Shown piece by piece: positions 20,786 to 31,921 of a DNA stretch of 64,000 nucleotides; the first letter of the stretch is position 1; the number at the start of each line of letters is the position of its first letter. A program made the translations under genes and the position numbers. Under the pieces are notes generated by a model. The model ran no database searches. It had not been told where the DNA came from and worked only from the letters and a program-made list of their open reading frames with translations. The stretch comes from Spirochaetia bacterium (lineage in GTDB: Bacteria; Spirochaetota; Spirochaetia; CADAEX01): contig CAXXHA010000011.1 in assembly GCA_963662265.2 (NCBI GenBank), positions 1 to 64,000 on the forward strand, read 5' to 3'.

Positions 20786-21928
20786 ATGCTTACAGGCTTT
20801 CAGGTTGAAAAGGAAACAGGAAAAAAAATAGACCCGGTACTCTTTTATATAATGGTGCTGCTTCTCGGAACAGGTCTCACTTTTCTTTTTTCTTCTTCAT
20901 ATCCGAATGCCCTGCGGCTTGGCAAAGCGCCGGAATTTTTTCTTAAAAGGCAGCTCATTATGGTAGGTGCCGGTATTGTCGGTGCTGCTTTTTTTGCAGC
21001 TGTTCCGGTTGACAGGCTTAAAAAAAGCGTACCTCTTTTTCTGGTTCTTTCTTTTATTCTTTCACTTGCAGTTCTTGCGGTAGGAAAAGAGATACAGGGT
21101 GCAAGAAGATGGATTGTGCTTGCAGGGCATTCTTTTCAGCCTTCAGAGCTTGTAAAAATCACTGTTGTTCTTTATATTTCATCGGTTTTTTCGAAGAAAT
21201 ATGACAAAATTGATCAGCTCTATACTGTATCCCATCCTGCAGTGGTTGTTTCACTTTTTGCTCTGATGATATTCGGTCAGAACGACTTTTCAACAGCAAT
21301 ATTCCTTATTTTTGTTGCAGGTGCAATGTTTTTTATAGCAGGGGTAAAGCTCAGGTACTTTTTTTCAGCTTTTCTTGCAGTGATCCCTTTTATGCTTGTC
21401 CTTATCCTGAGCAAGGAGCATCGGGTTAAAAGGCTGATTGCTTTTATTGATCCTGAAAAAGATCCTGCAGGGGTCGGGTATCAGATAATAAAGGCAAAGG
21501 CAGCCCTTGTCAGCGGAGGACTCTGGGGTAGCGGGATAGGAAACGGTGTAAAGAAATTCGGGACTCTTCCTGAGGCACACTCTGATTTTATTTTTGCAGT
21601 AGTCGGCGAGGAAACCGGATTTATCGGTGTCTTCATAATTATAATTCTTTTTATAGTCTTTGCAGTAAGGGGTTATGCGATAAGCCTTGACTGCAGCAGA
21701 AAAGGGGACTATTTCAGCTCATTTCTGGGATTCGGAATAACAACAAGCATACTGTATCAGGCGCTGATGAACATGGCAGTTGTATCAGGTGTTGTTCCTG
21801 CAACAGGTATTCCTCTTCCGTTTTTTTCACACGGCGGATCCTCAATGCTTGTTACCCTCCTGATGTGCGGGATGCTTCTCAATATTTCAAAAAATTATCA
21901 TGAAAAAAAGGATGTGTATGATGAGTAG
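20786..21928 (+). CDS. ftsW: SEDS peptidoglycan polymerase FtsW
   Basis: GARRWI, QPSE, PEAHSDFIF, TGIPLPFFSHGGS. Confidence 0.95.
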   Translation: MLTGFQVEKETGKKIDPVLFYIMVLLLGTGLTFLFSSSYPNALRLGKAPEFFLKRQLIMVGAGIVGAAFFAAVPVDRLKKSVPLFLVLSFILSLAVLAVGKEIQGARRWIVLAGHSFQPSELVKITVVLYISSVFSKKYDKIDQLYTVSHPAVVVSLFALMIFGQNDFSTAIFLIFVAGAMFFIAGVKLRYFFSAFLAVIPFMLVLILSKEHRVKRLIAFIDPEKDPAGVGYQIIKAKAALVSGGLWGSGIGNGVKKFGTLPEAHSDFIFAVVGEETGFIGVFIIIILFIVFAVRGYAISLDCSRKGDYFSSFLGFGITTSILYQALMNMAVVSGVVPATGIPLPFFSHGGSSMLVTLLMCGMLLNISKNYHEKKDVYDE

Positions 21929-22748
21929 TACAGTTTATACTACCGGATATGTGACGGATGAAAAAGAGAACAGGAAAACATCCCATTTTAAAAGAAATCT
22001 GTTTATATATCTGCTTGCAGCAGTTGTTCTGCTTGCAGCAGTTGAGATGGTTTTTCATCTTTTTATAGCTCCGGAACTTCTTATAACAAGGGTACAGGTG
22101 TACTGCTCCAAAGATTTCCAGCTTTCCAATTCAGATATCATAAAAATTGCAGGGATCAGGGAGAAGGAATATTTCTTTTCTGTTAATACTGAAGCTGCCG
22201 AGAGAAGGCTTGCGGAAAATCCCCTTGTAAAGAGCGCCAGTATTGAAAAATATTTTCCGGGAACATTGAAGATTTTTATTACGGAAAGGACACCTCTCGC
22301 ACTTTCGCTTGTGCAGATGGGAAATAAAAGCGTGCCTGTTATGATAGATAACGAAGGTGTTGTTTTTGAGATCGGCAAGAGTGTTTCTGATTATACAATG
22401 CCGGTTATTTCCGGACTTAAATTCAGAAACCTTAAACTCGGGGTAAAACTGCCGTCAGCATTATGTGAATATTTCAGTGATCTGAAAACTCTTAAGGATA
22501 CTTCACCTCTTCTTTTCAACCAGATATCAGAGCTTAAATTTGTAAAGAGAAACAGCTCTGATTATGAAGTTCTGCTTTACCCTCTTAAAGGGAATATCAG
22601 AATAAGAACAGGCGGTGATATCAATGAGGGTTTACTTAAACAAATATTTGTAGTACTTGATATAATAGAAAAAAAAGGGATAAAGTCAGATATGGAAGAA
22701 CTTGACTTCAGATCGGGTCAGGTAGTCTATACGGTTAAGGAGGGATAG
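21918..22748 (+). CDS. ftsQ: Cell division protein FtsQ/DivIB
   Basis: TM plus POTRA domain (FPGTLKIFITERTP); position. Confidence 0.88.
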   Translation: MMSSTVYTTGYVTDEKENRKTSHFKRNLFIYLLAAVVLLAAVEMVFHLFIAPELLITRVQVYCSKDFQLSNSDIIKIAGIREKEYFFSVNTEAAERRLAENPLVKSASIEKYFPGTLKIFITERTPLALSLVQMGNKSVPVMIDNEGVVFEIGKSVSDYTMPVISGLKFRNLKLGVKLPSALCEYFSDLKTLKDTSPLLFNQISELKFVKRNSSDYEVLLYPLKGNIRIRTGGDINEGLLKQIFVVLDIIEKKGIKSDMEELDFRSGQVVYTVKEG

Positions 22749-22751
22749 ATT

Positions 22752-23981
22752 TTGCCTTCTGATAATGTAATTGTCGGACTGGATATAGGAACAACAAAGA
22801 TTTGTGCTGTTATTGCGGAGTACAATGAAAACAGTGAACTCGAAATTACCGGTATCGGCACAGCTCCGTCGTCAGGCCTCAGGCAGGGGGTAGTAATTAA
22901 TATAGAAGCTACCATGAAGTCGGTAACAGATGCTATAGAGGCTGCAGAAATGATGTCCGGAAGAGAGGCTCATTCTGTTGTGACAGGAATTGCAGGTGCC
23001 CATATTGAAGGTATTAATTCACGGGGTGTTGTTGCTGTAGCCGGAAAAGGCAGGGAGATAACTTCAGAAGATATATCAAGGGTTATTGATGCTGCTAAAG
23101 CGATTGTCATACCTATGGACAGGGAAGTTCTTCATGTGATTCCTCAGGAATTTATAGTCGATGATCAGGGGGGAATAAGAAATCCTCTTGATATGATTGG
23201 TATAAGGCTTGAATCGGAAGTTCACATAGTAACCGGTTCAATTACATCAGCACAGAACCTTATTAAATGTGTAAACAGGGCAGGTTTTAAAGTCGATGAG
23301 GTTGTGCTTCAGTCTCTTGCATCATCCAGAGCTGTTCTCAAGGATGATGAGAAAGAGATGGGAGTCCTGATGATTGACCTGGGCGGCGGAACTACAGATG
23401 TAATTGTGAATATTGACGGGTCTCCCTATCATACCGATGTTGTGCCGCTCGGAGGAAAGCAGGTTACAAATGACCTTTCTATTGTTCTGACAATACCTGC
23501 AGATATGGCTGAAAAGCTTAAAGTTGAGTCCGGCTGCTGTTATATGCCGCTTGTTGAGGATGACGAGGATGTAATTCTTCCCGGGGTGGGAGGATGGCCG
23601 TCAGAACCTATCGCCAGGCGGAAGATATGTGAAATAATTGAGCCGAGGATGGTTGAAATATTCCAGATGGTTAAAAACAAGCTGGATGAAAAGAATTATC
23701 TTGAAAAGCTTAACGGCGGAATCGTGCTTACCGGAGGGGGAGCTCTGATGCCGGGAGCAACACAGCTTGCGGGAGAAATCTTTGACAGGCCGGCCAGAGT
23801 CGGGTATCCTCTTAAATGCGGCGGACTTGTAGGGGAATACAGGAGCCCTGTATATTCAACAGCTGTGGGACTTGTCCTTTATGCTGATGAAATATCCGGA
23901 AGCATTGAAAAAAATGTATCGGTTGCCCGTGAAACCGGATTGTCCGGCAGGTTCAAGAGCTGGCTGAAGGAATTTTTCTAG
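22752..23981 (+). CDS. ftsA: Cell division protein FtsA
   Basis: GLDIGTTKI, DLGGGTTD, VLTGGGA, C-terminal WLKEFF. Confidence 0.97.
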   Translation: MPSDNVIVGLDIGTTKICAVIAEYNENSELEITGIGTAPSSGLRQGVVINIEATMKSVTDAIEAAEMMSGREAHSVVTGIAGAHIEGINSRGVVAVAGKGREITSEDISRVIDAAKAIVIPMDREVLHVIPQEFIVDDQGGIRNPLDMIGIRLESEVHIVTGSITSAQNLIKCVNRAGFKVDEVVLQSLASSRAVLKDDEKEMGVLMIDLGGGTTDVIVNIDGSPYHTDVVPLGGKQVTNDLSIVLTIPADMAEKLKVESGCCYMPLVEDDEDVILPGVGGWPSEPIARRKICEIIEPRMVEIFQMVKNKLDEKNYLEKLNGGIVLTGGGALMPGATQLAGEIFDRPARVGYPLKCGGLVGEYRSPVYSTAVGLVLYADEISGSIEKNVSVARETGLSGRFKSWLKEFF

Positions 23982-24317
23982 AACGCAACAGACGCTGATG
24001 CAGTTTTTATAACCTGTTTCAGTTCTGTATTATATATGTGATAATTTTAGCTGCTTAAGTGCAGCATTAAAAGTGTTTGTGCCGGAACAGCTGTTCTTTC
24101 TTTAGACACTTCGATTATTACGGTCTGAATAACTGCAGTTATTCAACTTCAGATTCGGCCGTTACCCTGACCGGGTTTTTTATCCGGTTATGACTGTATA
24201 TGAAAACAGTTATACATGAATGGGAAATCATTGATTTCCCTTGCAGAATTAAAACCTTTGAAGGAATAAATTCCTGACAGGTAGATATAAAACAAGCATT
24301 TAAACTGGGGGGGGAGA

Positions 24318-25529
24318 ATGCAGGTTACAGTTGTAGAAGATACAAATTTTACCAATCCTACGAAAATAAAAGTCGTGGGAGTCGGAGGCGGCGGAAATAA
24401 CGCTGTCAACAGAATGATTGAAAGCGGACTGAGCAATGTTGATTTTATTGCTGTCAATACAGATGTTCAGGACCTTAATAAAAGCAGAGCTGAAATAAGA
24501 CTTCCTATAGGAACCAAGCTTACAAACGGCCTCGGAGCAGGCGGAGTACCTGAAGTTGGTGAAAAAGCTGCTCTTGAAGACAAGGAAATACTTAAAAACA
24601 CTCTTAAAAACTCGGATATGGTTTTTATTACTGCAGGAATGGGAGGCGGAACAGGTACAGGTGCTGCGCCTGTAATTGCTTCTGTTGCCAGGGAAATGGG
24701 AATCCTGACAGTTGCTGTAGTAACACGCCCCTTTGTTCTGGAAGGTGAAAGAAAAATGAACCTTGCGGAAAACGGAATAACAAGACTCCGGGAATCTGTA
24801 GACACGCTAATCATTATTCCAAATGAAAACCTTCTCAAGATAATTGACAGGAAAACACCTTTCAGGGAAGCTCTCCTGATTGCGGATGATGTCCTTAGGC
24901 AGGGAGTTCAGGGTATATCAGACCTTATTACCAAAGAGGGGCTGATGAATATAGATTTTGCAGATGTCAAGACAATCATGAGCGGGAACGGCGATGCTCT
25001 GATGGGCATCGGTTCAGGCAGAGGCGAAAACAGGGCAATTGATGCGGCTACAAATGCTATCAACAACCCGCTGCTTCAGGATGAAAGCATTGAAGGGGCG
25101 AAAGGGATTCTTGTCAATGTTACAGCCGGAGGTGATTTTTCACTTTCAGAATTCCAGGAAGTTCTCCAGATTATTACATCAAGCGCAGACCGGGATGTTC
25201 TCACAATTACCGGAAGTGTTATTGATGATACTCTCGAGGATGAAATCAAGGTTACAGTTGTTGCTACAGGTTTTGCACCTGCCGAAGTCAGGAAGGAAGA
25301 GCCCAAAGCTGTACACAATACCGGAAGCGGCGAATTTATGAGCAACCAGGAATGGAGCAAGATTAAAAAAGGGCTTATCGGAAAGAGAGATGATTTTTAC
25401 CTGAGCGGAAGAAACAGTACTGAGTCTGATCTTGATATCCCGGCATTCTACAGAGGCAGGGAAAGTGAATATGCAGCGGATCTTCAGAACAGCAAGGGAA
25501 ATTCCGGTTTCGGTAATTCAGGAGAATAG
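24318..25529 (+). CDS. ftsZ: Cell division protein FtsZ
   Basis: GMGGGTGTG; NIDFADV; LDIPAF. Confidence 0.98.
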   Translation: MQVTVVEDTNFTNPTKIKVVGVGGGGNNAVNRMIESGLSNVDFIAVNTDVQDLNKSRAEIRLPIGTKLTNGLGAGGVPEVGEKAALEDKEILKNTLKNSDMVFITAGMGGGTGTGAAPVIASVAREMGILTVAVVTRPFVLEGERKMNLAENGITRLRESVDTLIIIPNENLLKIIDRKTPFREALLIADDVLRQGVQGISDLITKEGLMNIDFADVKTIMSGNGDALMGIGSGRGENRAIDAATNAINNPLLQDESIEGAKGILVNVTAGGDFSLSEFQEVLQIITSSADRDVLTITGSVIDDTLEDEIKVTVVATGFAPAEVRKEEPKAVHNTGSGEFMSNQEWSKIKKGLIGKRDDFYLSGRNSTESDLDIPAFYRGRESEYAADLQNSKGNSGFGNSGE

Positions 25530-25541
25530 GGAAGTTTCCTG

Positions 25542-26486
25542 ATGAACAGAGTATTTATAAAAAAATATAAGGAGTATCTTGTCGCCGAGAAAAACCTCAC
25601 TCTTTCGTCTGTAGAGGTTTATGAACGGGAAATCCTTTATTTTTATGAATACAGCGAAAGCAGAAATCTGACTGAACAGACATTCCAGCTGAAAGATATT
25701 GAAAGTTTCCTTATTCTCAGGAAAAAAGAACTTAACAGCTGTGAAGAGGAACTCGGGGCTGCAACTGTAAACAAGTGTAAGAGCGCAGTAAGGTCATTCT
25801 GCAGATATCTTCAGGCAGAAGATATCAGAAGTGATAATCCTGCCGAACTTGTCGAGACAGGCGGAAGGGGAAGGAAGCTTCCCGAAGTTCTCGATGTTGA
25901 AAAAATAGATGAAATACTTGATATTATTTCTGAAAAAAATGAAAGAGAAGGAAGAAGCGATAAATACGGATTGAGAGACAGGGCACTTTTCGAACTGATA
26001 TATTCCCTGGGGCTCCGTATTTCTGAAGCATCTGATCTTAAATACAGCAGTATTTTCTTTGATGAATCTGTAATAAGGGTATTCGGTAAAGGGAGAAAAG
26101 AGCGTTTTGTCCCCCTCGGTGAGGTAGCTGAAAAATGGCTGAAAAAATACCTTGCCGAATCAAGACCTCTTTTACTGAAGAATAGAAGATCTGACTACCT
26201 TTTTCTCAATTACAGGGGGGAAAAGCTGTCACGTAAGGGGATATGGAAGAGATACAGTGAACTTGTTGCTGAACTTAACAGCAGGAAGGAAAATAGTATA
26301 AAAATATCATCAAGAGTACATTCGCTGCGGCACTCTTTTGCAACCCATCTGCTTAAAGGAGGGGCTGATCTCAGGTCGGTCCAGGAACTTCTCGGGCATT
26401 CTGATATTTCAACAACCCAGGTTTACACACATCTTGATACATCGGACCTGAGGGAATATCATAAGAAATTTCATCCGGACGGATGA
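25542..26486 (+). CDS. xerD: Tyrosine recombinase XerD-like
   Basis: RDRALFELIYSLGLRISE, GKGRKER, HSLRHSFATHLL, LLGH, TQVY. Confidence 0.9.
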   Translation: MNRVFIKKYKEYLVAEKNLTLSSVEVYEREILYFYEYSESRNLTEQTFQLKDIESFLILRKKELNSCEEELGAATVNKCKSAVRSFCRYLQAEDIRSDNPAELVETGGRGRKLPEVLDVEKIDEILDIISEKNEREGRSDKYGLRDRALFELIYSLGLRISEASDLKYSSIFFDESVIRVFGKGRKERFVPLGEVAEKWLKKYLAESRPLLLKNRRSDYLFLNYRGEKLSRKGIWKRYSELVAELNSRKENSIKISSRVHSLRHSFATHLLKGGADLRSVQELLGHSDISTTQVYTHLDTSDLREYHKKFHPDG

Positions 26487-26498
26487 TTCTGAAGGAAA

Positions 26499-27206
26499 AT
26501 GATGAAAAAGTTGTTGACTATATTTACAGCATTAATAATTTTCACTTCATGCAGCAGTGAGTACAGGGATCTGTACAAAAGGCTTGAAAGCACTGAGTAC
26601 GGAGAAATTAATACAGACAGGGAAGCTGAACTGAAAGCTGATATAAGGCAGAATAAAGATATTCTGGAAGAAAAGATTGAAGCTGCAAGGGGGATTGGAA
26701 GCAGTTATAAGATGCTTGGTAAACTTTATCTTGAAAATGAGATGTATTTACTTGCTCTTGATCAGTTCAGAGAGGCTGCTACGATATATCCCGAGAATCC
26801 TATACTCTATTATTATTCCGGGCTTTGTTCAGCCAGATATTCAAAATCTGCAGTGGATTCACCTGTAAAGTTTGAATATCTGAATAATGCGGAAAAATAT
26901 TACAGCAAGGCTGTTGAGCTTGATGAAAAATATTCCAAGGCTGTTATTGCTCTGTCAGTACTTTACCTTTACGAAATGGAAAAGCCATCAGATGCGGCAG
27001 TAATGCTTAACCGGCTTATTGAATTTGAAAGCAGGAATTTTGAAGCGCTTTTTCTCCTTGCAAATGCATATATTCAGCTTGGAAAGATTGACGAAGCATC
27101 ATCTGTCTATAAAACAATTGAAAAGACAGCTGATAGTAAGACATATAAAGAGCAGGCAGCGATAAACAGGAAAGAGCTGGAGGAGAATATCTATGAATGG
27201 AACTGA
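26499..27206 (+). CDS. TPR lipoprotein
   Basis: Lipobox FTSC; TPR-like helices. Confidence 0.85.
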   Translation: MMKKLLTIFTALIIFTSCSSEYRDLYKRLESTEYGEINTDREAELKADIRQNKDILEEKIEAARGIGSSYKMLGKLYLENEMYLLALDQFREAATIYPENPILYYYSGLCSARYSKSAVDSPVKFEYLNNAEKYYSKAVELDEKYSKAVIALSVLYLYEMEKPSDAAVMLNRLIEFESRNFEALFLLANAYIQLGKIDEASSVYKTIEKTADSKTYKEQAAINRKELEENIYEWN

Positions 27207-28188
27207 TTTTCTTGCTCTTTTAATAAGTTGTTTGAAAAGACCGGGAAAAAGGGACAGAATAGATATATTAAGATATGTTTTTGAAAGCGGATTTGAAAAC
27301 ATCAGAGGCAGGTCTGATGCAGAGAAAATGGCAGGAAGTCTTTTCCGCATGGAAATGAAGGAAATTCTTGGTGCATCAGAAGAAGCAGTCAGAATTTCAG
27401 ATGAATGTGAATTAAAAGAGATTGGAATTGTTTCATTCCTTAATCCTGAATATCCCCCTCTGCTCAGGGAGATTTATTCACCACCGTCTGTGCTTTATGT
27501 AAAAGGTGTTCTTCCTGACTGCAGTTCAGCTTCCCTTGCTGTTGTCGGAACAAGGTCTGCTTCCAGAAAAACACTTTCAGCTGCGTATGAAGCATCTTTT
27601 TACACAGCGGAAAACAGGGTTCCTGTTATTTCCGGCCTTGCGTACGGCATTGATTCAAAAGCGCATGCAGGCGCTGCTGATGCCGGAGGTATAACTTCGG
27701 CAGTTCTGGGTTCAGGTGTTGATGTTGTTTATCCTTCAGCTAATCAAAAACTGGCTGAAAAAATAATCGGATCGGGAGGATCTCTGGTCAGTGAATACAG
27801 GCCCGGAACTCTTCCTGCAAAATACCATTTTCCTGAAAGAAACAGGATTATAAGCGGAATATCCAGGGGAACACTGGTTGTTCATGCTCCGGAAAAGTCC
27901 GGTTCTCTTATTACAGCATCTTTTGCACTTGATCAGGGACGGGATGTTTTTGTCCACAGGGCTGGAATTGACAGCGAAAGCGGAAGAGGCGGACAGAATC
28001 TTGCTGATGAAGGGGCGGTAATTGTTGATAGCAGCAGTGAAATCCTTGAGCAGTGGGGTGTATTGAATAAACCTGGAAACAGAGAATACAGGTTTGAAGA
28101 TAATATTTTTACTTTGAAAGAAAATGAGTTCAGCGGAACAGAAAATAACAAGAAAGAATTGTATAACAGGAGAATAATGTATGCCTAA
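27193..28188 (+). CDS. dprA: DNA processing protein DprA/Smf
   Basis: AVVGTR, SGLAYGID, HFPERNRIISG, SGSLITA. Confidence 0.95.
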   Translation: MNGTDFLALLISCLKRPGKRDRIDILRYVFESGFENIRGRSDAEKMAGSLFRMEMKEILGASEEAVRISDECELKEIGIVSFLNPEYPPLLREIYSPPSVLYVKGVLPDCSSASLAVVGTRSASRKTLSAAYEASFYTAENRVPVISGLAYGIDSKAHAGAADAGGITSAVLGSGVDVVYPSANQKLAEKIIGSGGSLVSEYRPGTLPAKYHFPERNRIISGISRGTLVVHAPEKSGSLITASFALDQGRDVFVHRAGIDSESGRGGQNLADEGAVIVDSSSEILEQWGVLNKPGNREYRFEDNIFTLKENEFSGTENNKKELYNRRIMYA

Positions 28189-30290
28189 AAGTACTACCAG
28201 AAAGACAACAGAAAAAACTCTGCTTATTGTAGAGTCTCCGGCTAAAGCAAAAACAATAGAAAGGTATCTCGGCAAAGGATATACTGTATCAGCATCAATG
28301 GGACATCTTATCGATCTTCCCAAGTCGAGAATGGGTGTTAATGTAGACGGCGATTTTGAACCTGAATATATAACAGTAAGAGGCAAGGCTAAAATACTGA
28401 AAGATCTTAATTCAAAAGCCTCAAAATCCAGCCATATTCTTCTCGCATCTGATAATGACCGGGAAGGAGAGGCAATCTCTTTCCATCTCAAGAGTGCTCT
28501 TGAGAAAAAGGTTAAGGATGTAAAGATTGAAAGAATTATATTCAATGAGATAACACCGACAGCTATCAAGGCTGCAGTCGAAGATCCCCATGAAATAGAT
28601 ATGGGTAAGGTAAATGCACAGAAAGCAAGGAGAGTTCTTGACCGTATCGTAGGATACAACCTCTCTCCTCTTCTGTGGAAAAAGGTTAAAAACGGACTAT
28701 CTGCAGGAAGGGTCCAGTCTGTAGCACTCAGGCTTATTTCTGAAAGGGAAAAAGAGGTTGAAGATTTTATTCCTCAGGAGTACTGGACACTTGATGCTGA
28801 GCTGAAGAAGGACCGAAGCAGATTCAAAGCCCAGCTTGTGACATATAAGGGTGAGAAACCTGAACTTAAGGACAGGGAAAGTGTTGAAAAGCTTGTATCT
28901 GTTTTTGAAGGTAAGGACTTTTCAGTAAAAGAGATCAAGTCTACCGAGAAAAAACTTCAGCCAAGGGCTCCCTATATAACTTCAAAACTCCAGCAGGATG
29001 CGGCTAACAGACTCGGTTTCACTTCCAGGAAGACAATGCAGATTGCACAGCAGCTTTATGAAGGTATCAACATAGGTTCGAGCCGTGTGGGACTTATTAC
29101 CTACATGAGAACAGATTCAACCCGTATATCTGACCAGGCTCTGGGAGAAGTCAGGAAATATATCGGGGATAATTACCCGGAAGACCTTCCTGAAAAACCT
29201 GTTAATTACAGTATGGGTAAAAGGGCGCAGGATGCTCATGAGGCAATCAGGCCGACTTTTGCCGAATATACACCTGAATATATCAAGGAATATCTGACAA
29301 GAGACCAGCTTAAACTCTATACAATTATCTGGGAAAGGTTTGTTTCCTCCCAGATGAAAGGTGCTGTGTCTGTAACTACAACAGCGGATATTGAATGTGA
29401 AGACGGAATTTTCAGGATAAGCGGTACAAAGGTAAAGGAAAAAGGTTTTCAGAAAGTTCTCAAGCTTCTTGCTAGCAAGGAAAAGAGTGCAAAAGTACCA
29501 AGGCTGAAAGAGGGAGATTCCCTTAATTTAGAGGAATTCATACCTGAGCAGCATTTTACCCAGGGACCTGCAAGATATACAGATGCAAGTATTGTAAAAG
29601 TGCTTGAGGAAAAAGGTATTGGCCGCCCATCGACATACGCGCCTATTATATCACTCCTGATTGACCGGTATTACGTAGTCAGGAAAAACAGGCAGCTTGT
29701 CCCGACAGTCCTTGGAAAAATGATCAATCAAATCCTGATATCATCATTTCCCGATATCCTTGATGTGAATTTTACAGCAGAAATGGAAAAAAAGCTTGAT
29801 AATGTTGAAGTTGAAAAAAACAACTGGTCCGGAATGATTTCTGATTTCTACTCACCTTTTAAAAGCAAGGTTGACCATGTAATGGAAACACTTGAATCGG
29901 TAAAAGGGGTAATGGATGAGGAAACTGATTACGAGTGCGACAAGTGCGGCAGGAAAATGGTCAAGAAACTCGGGCGGTTCGGTTATTTTCTTGCATGTTC
30001 AGGTTTTCCTGAATGCATGAATACAAAATCTGTACCTCTTGCAGACTGCCCGAGACCCGGATGCGGCGGACAGATTGTTGCAAGAAAGAAACAGGGGGGA
30101 CGGGGAAAGGAATTCTACGGATGTACCAACTATCCTGAATGTGACTTTATAAGCCACAGTAAACCCTCTTCAAAAATATGCCCTGAATGCGGTTATTTCA
30201 TGGTTGAGAAATATGACAAGAAACGGGGGTACATACTATTCATGCAGCAATACTGAATGTAAAAATTCTATGGAGGCTGACTCCGAATAA
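28181..30290 (+). CDS. topA: DNA topoisomerase I; ORF closes at 30256, probable frameshift in the last zinc ribbon
   Basis: IVESPAK, DREGE, GRVQS, ITYMRTDS, C-terminal Zn ribbons; shifted frame continues CSNTEC to TAA ~30290. Confidence 0.95.
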
Positions 30291-31182
30291 TGGAAAAATT
30301 TCTGGAATATCTTGATACAGTCCTGAATCTCTCACATGCAACAGTAAAAAGCTACAGGGCAGATATAAAGCAGTATTTTGATTATCTTGAAGATAATGAC
30401 TGTGATTTCAGGAATCCGGAAAAAAATACAGGAAGAGGATTTGCAGCATACCTTTCATATGCCGGTCTGAAAGCCTCTTCCGTAAACAGAAAAATCTCTG
30501 CGCTTAAAAAATTCTATGATTTTCTGCTTAAAGAGGGGGCTGTAGAGTCCAATCCTTTTTCTGCACTTGGACATCTTAAAGAGGAAAAAAAGGCTTCCAG
30601 AACATCTGCAGTTGGAGGAGGTCGAGAGAATAAGAAATTTTATAGATACAGAAAGCAGAGATGAGTTTACAATGTACAGAGACCGGGCTCTTGTTGACTT
30701 TATTTTTTCAACAGGCTGCAGAATCTCAGAAACTGTTTCACTTGACTATGAGGAAATCAGTTTCCGTGACTGCTCAGTAAGAGTTACTGGTAAGGGAGAC
30801 AAGGAAAGAGTTGTCTTTCTCAGCGGTAAAGCATCTGAATCTCTCGTGAAATACAGGGAATCTGCAGTTATGAACGGGAAATTCAGCAGGGGAAAGAGAA
30901 ACCCGCTGTTTGTCAACAGCAGGGGTGAGCGTCTTACAGTCAGGGGGGGCGTTCTATTTAATTGATAAAATTATAAAAGGGGCCGGAATCCAGAAAAAGG
31001 TTTCTCCCCATACATTGAGACATACATTTGCAACGCATCTTGTTGATCAGGGGGCTGATATCCGGATGGTACAGGAAATGCTGGGGCACTCCAGCCTTTC
31101 CACCACACAGATTTATACCCATATCGGTATATCAAGACTCAAGGATGTCTACAGAAAAGCCCATCCGCACAGCAAGAGCTAA
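30290..31182 (+). CDS. xerC: Tyrosine recombinase XerC-like; frameshifts at A7 (~30586) and G7 (~30943)
   Basis: Three overlapping ORFs give the SAM-like N-domain, [19 protein letters not shown] and [20 protein letters not shown]. Confidence 0.85.
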
Positions 31183-31348
31183 AAACAAAGTTTTTAGCGA
31201 AGCGACAGAGACTTTCTCGAAGAGAAAGTGCTCGAAAGCGACTAAGTAAGAGCTAAAAACAAAGTTTTTAGCGAAGCAAAGAGACATTCGTTTACGAATG
31301 TGCTCGACAAGACAGAGACTTTCTCGAAGAGAAAGTGCTCGAAAGCGA
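31174..31348 (+). repeat. Composite cluster of a dispersed hairpin element (3 core copies, 2 leading hairpins)
   Basis: Exact 30-bp repeat at 31174-31203 and 31248-31277; exact 38-bp repeat at 31204-31241 and 31311-31348; variant core at 31280-31307. Confidence 0.9.
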
Positions 31349-31369
31349 TAAAGGAACAGGTAATAGTTT

Positions 31370-31921
31370 ATGGAAGAAAATAGATCAGGTTTCAGGGGAA
31401 CCACAGTACTGGCAGTTAGAAAAGAGGGATCTGTTGCAATGGCAGCAGACGGGCAGGTGACACTGGGGAATACAGTGATGAAGGGGTCTGCACGAAAAGT
31501 GAGAAAAATCTATGATGGAAAAGTTATTGTAGGTTTTGCAGGTGCCACCGCAGATGCCTTTACCCTGTTTGAAAGATTTGAAGCCAAGGTAAGCCAGTAT
31601 AACGGGGATATTACAAGATCTGCGGTTGAACTTGCAAAGGAATGGAGGACTGACAGGGCCCTGAGAAGACTCGAGGCCATGCTTCTTGTTGCCGACATTG
31701 ATAAGATCCTTCTTATTTCAGGAACAGGAGATGTTGTGGAACCTGATGAAGGAGTTATCGGAATAGGAAGCGGAGGAAGCTTTGCATATTCTGCAGCACT
31801 TGCATATCTTGAAAATGAAAGTATGAAAGCAGGCGATATAGCTCTTAAATCGCTTAAAATCGCTTCAAAAATATGTATCTACACTAATGATAATTTTGTT
31901 CTGGAGGAATTAAATGCTTGA
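31370..31921 (+). CDS. hslV: ATP-dependent protease peptidase subunit HslV
   Basis: [31 protein letters not shown]. Confidence 0.97.
   Translation: MEENRSGFRGTTVLAVRKEGSVAMAADGQVTLGNTVMKGSARKVRKIYDGKVIVGFAGATADAFTLFERFEAKVSQYNGDITRSAVELAKEWRTDRALRRLEAMLLVADIDKILLISGTGDVVEPDEGVIGIGSGGSFAYSAALAYLENESMKAGDIALKSLKIASKICIYTNDNFVLEELNA

Noticed and set aside
27736-28659. 307-aa antisense ORF
   Set aside because: Shadow frame of dprA/topA with no motif.
25542-31182. Integrative element or integron defined by two tyrosine recombinases
   Set aside because: XerC/D-type proteins with housekeeping genes between them; no att sites or cassettes seen.
31174-31348. CRISPR array
   Set aside because: Only two exact copies of each repeat, the intervening sequence is itself a motif variant, single copies are dispersed, and no cas genes are present.
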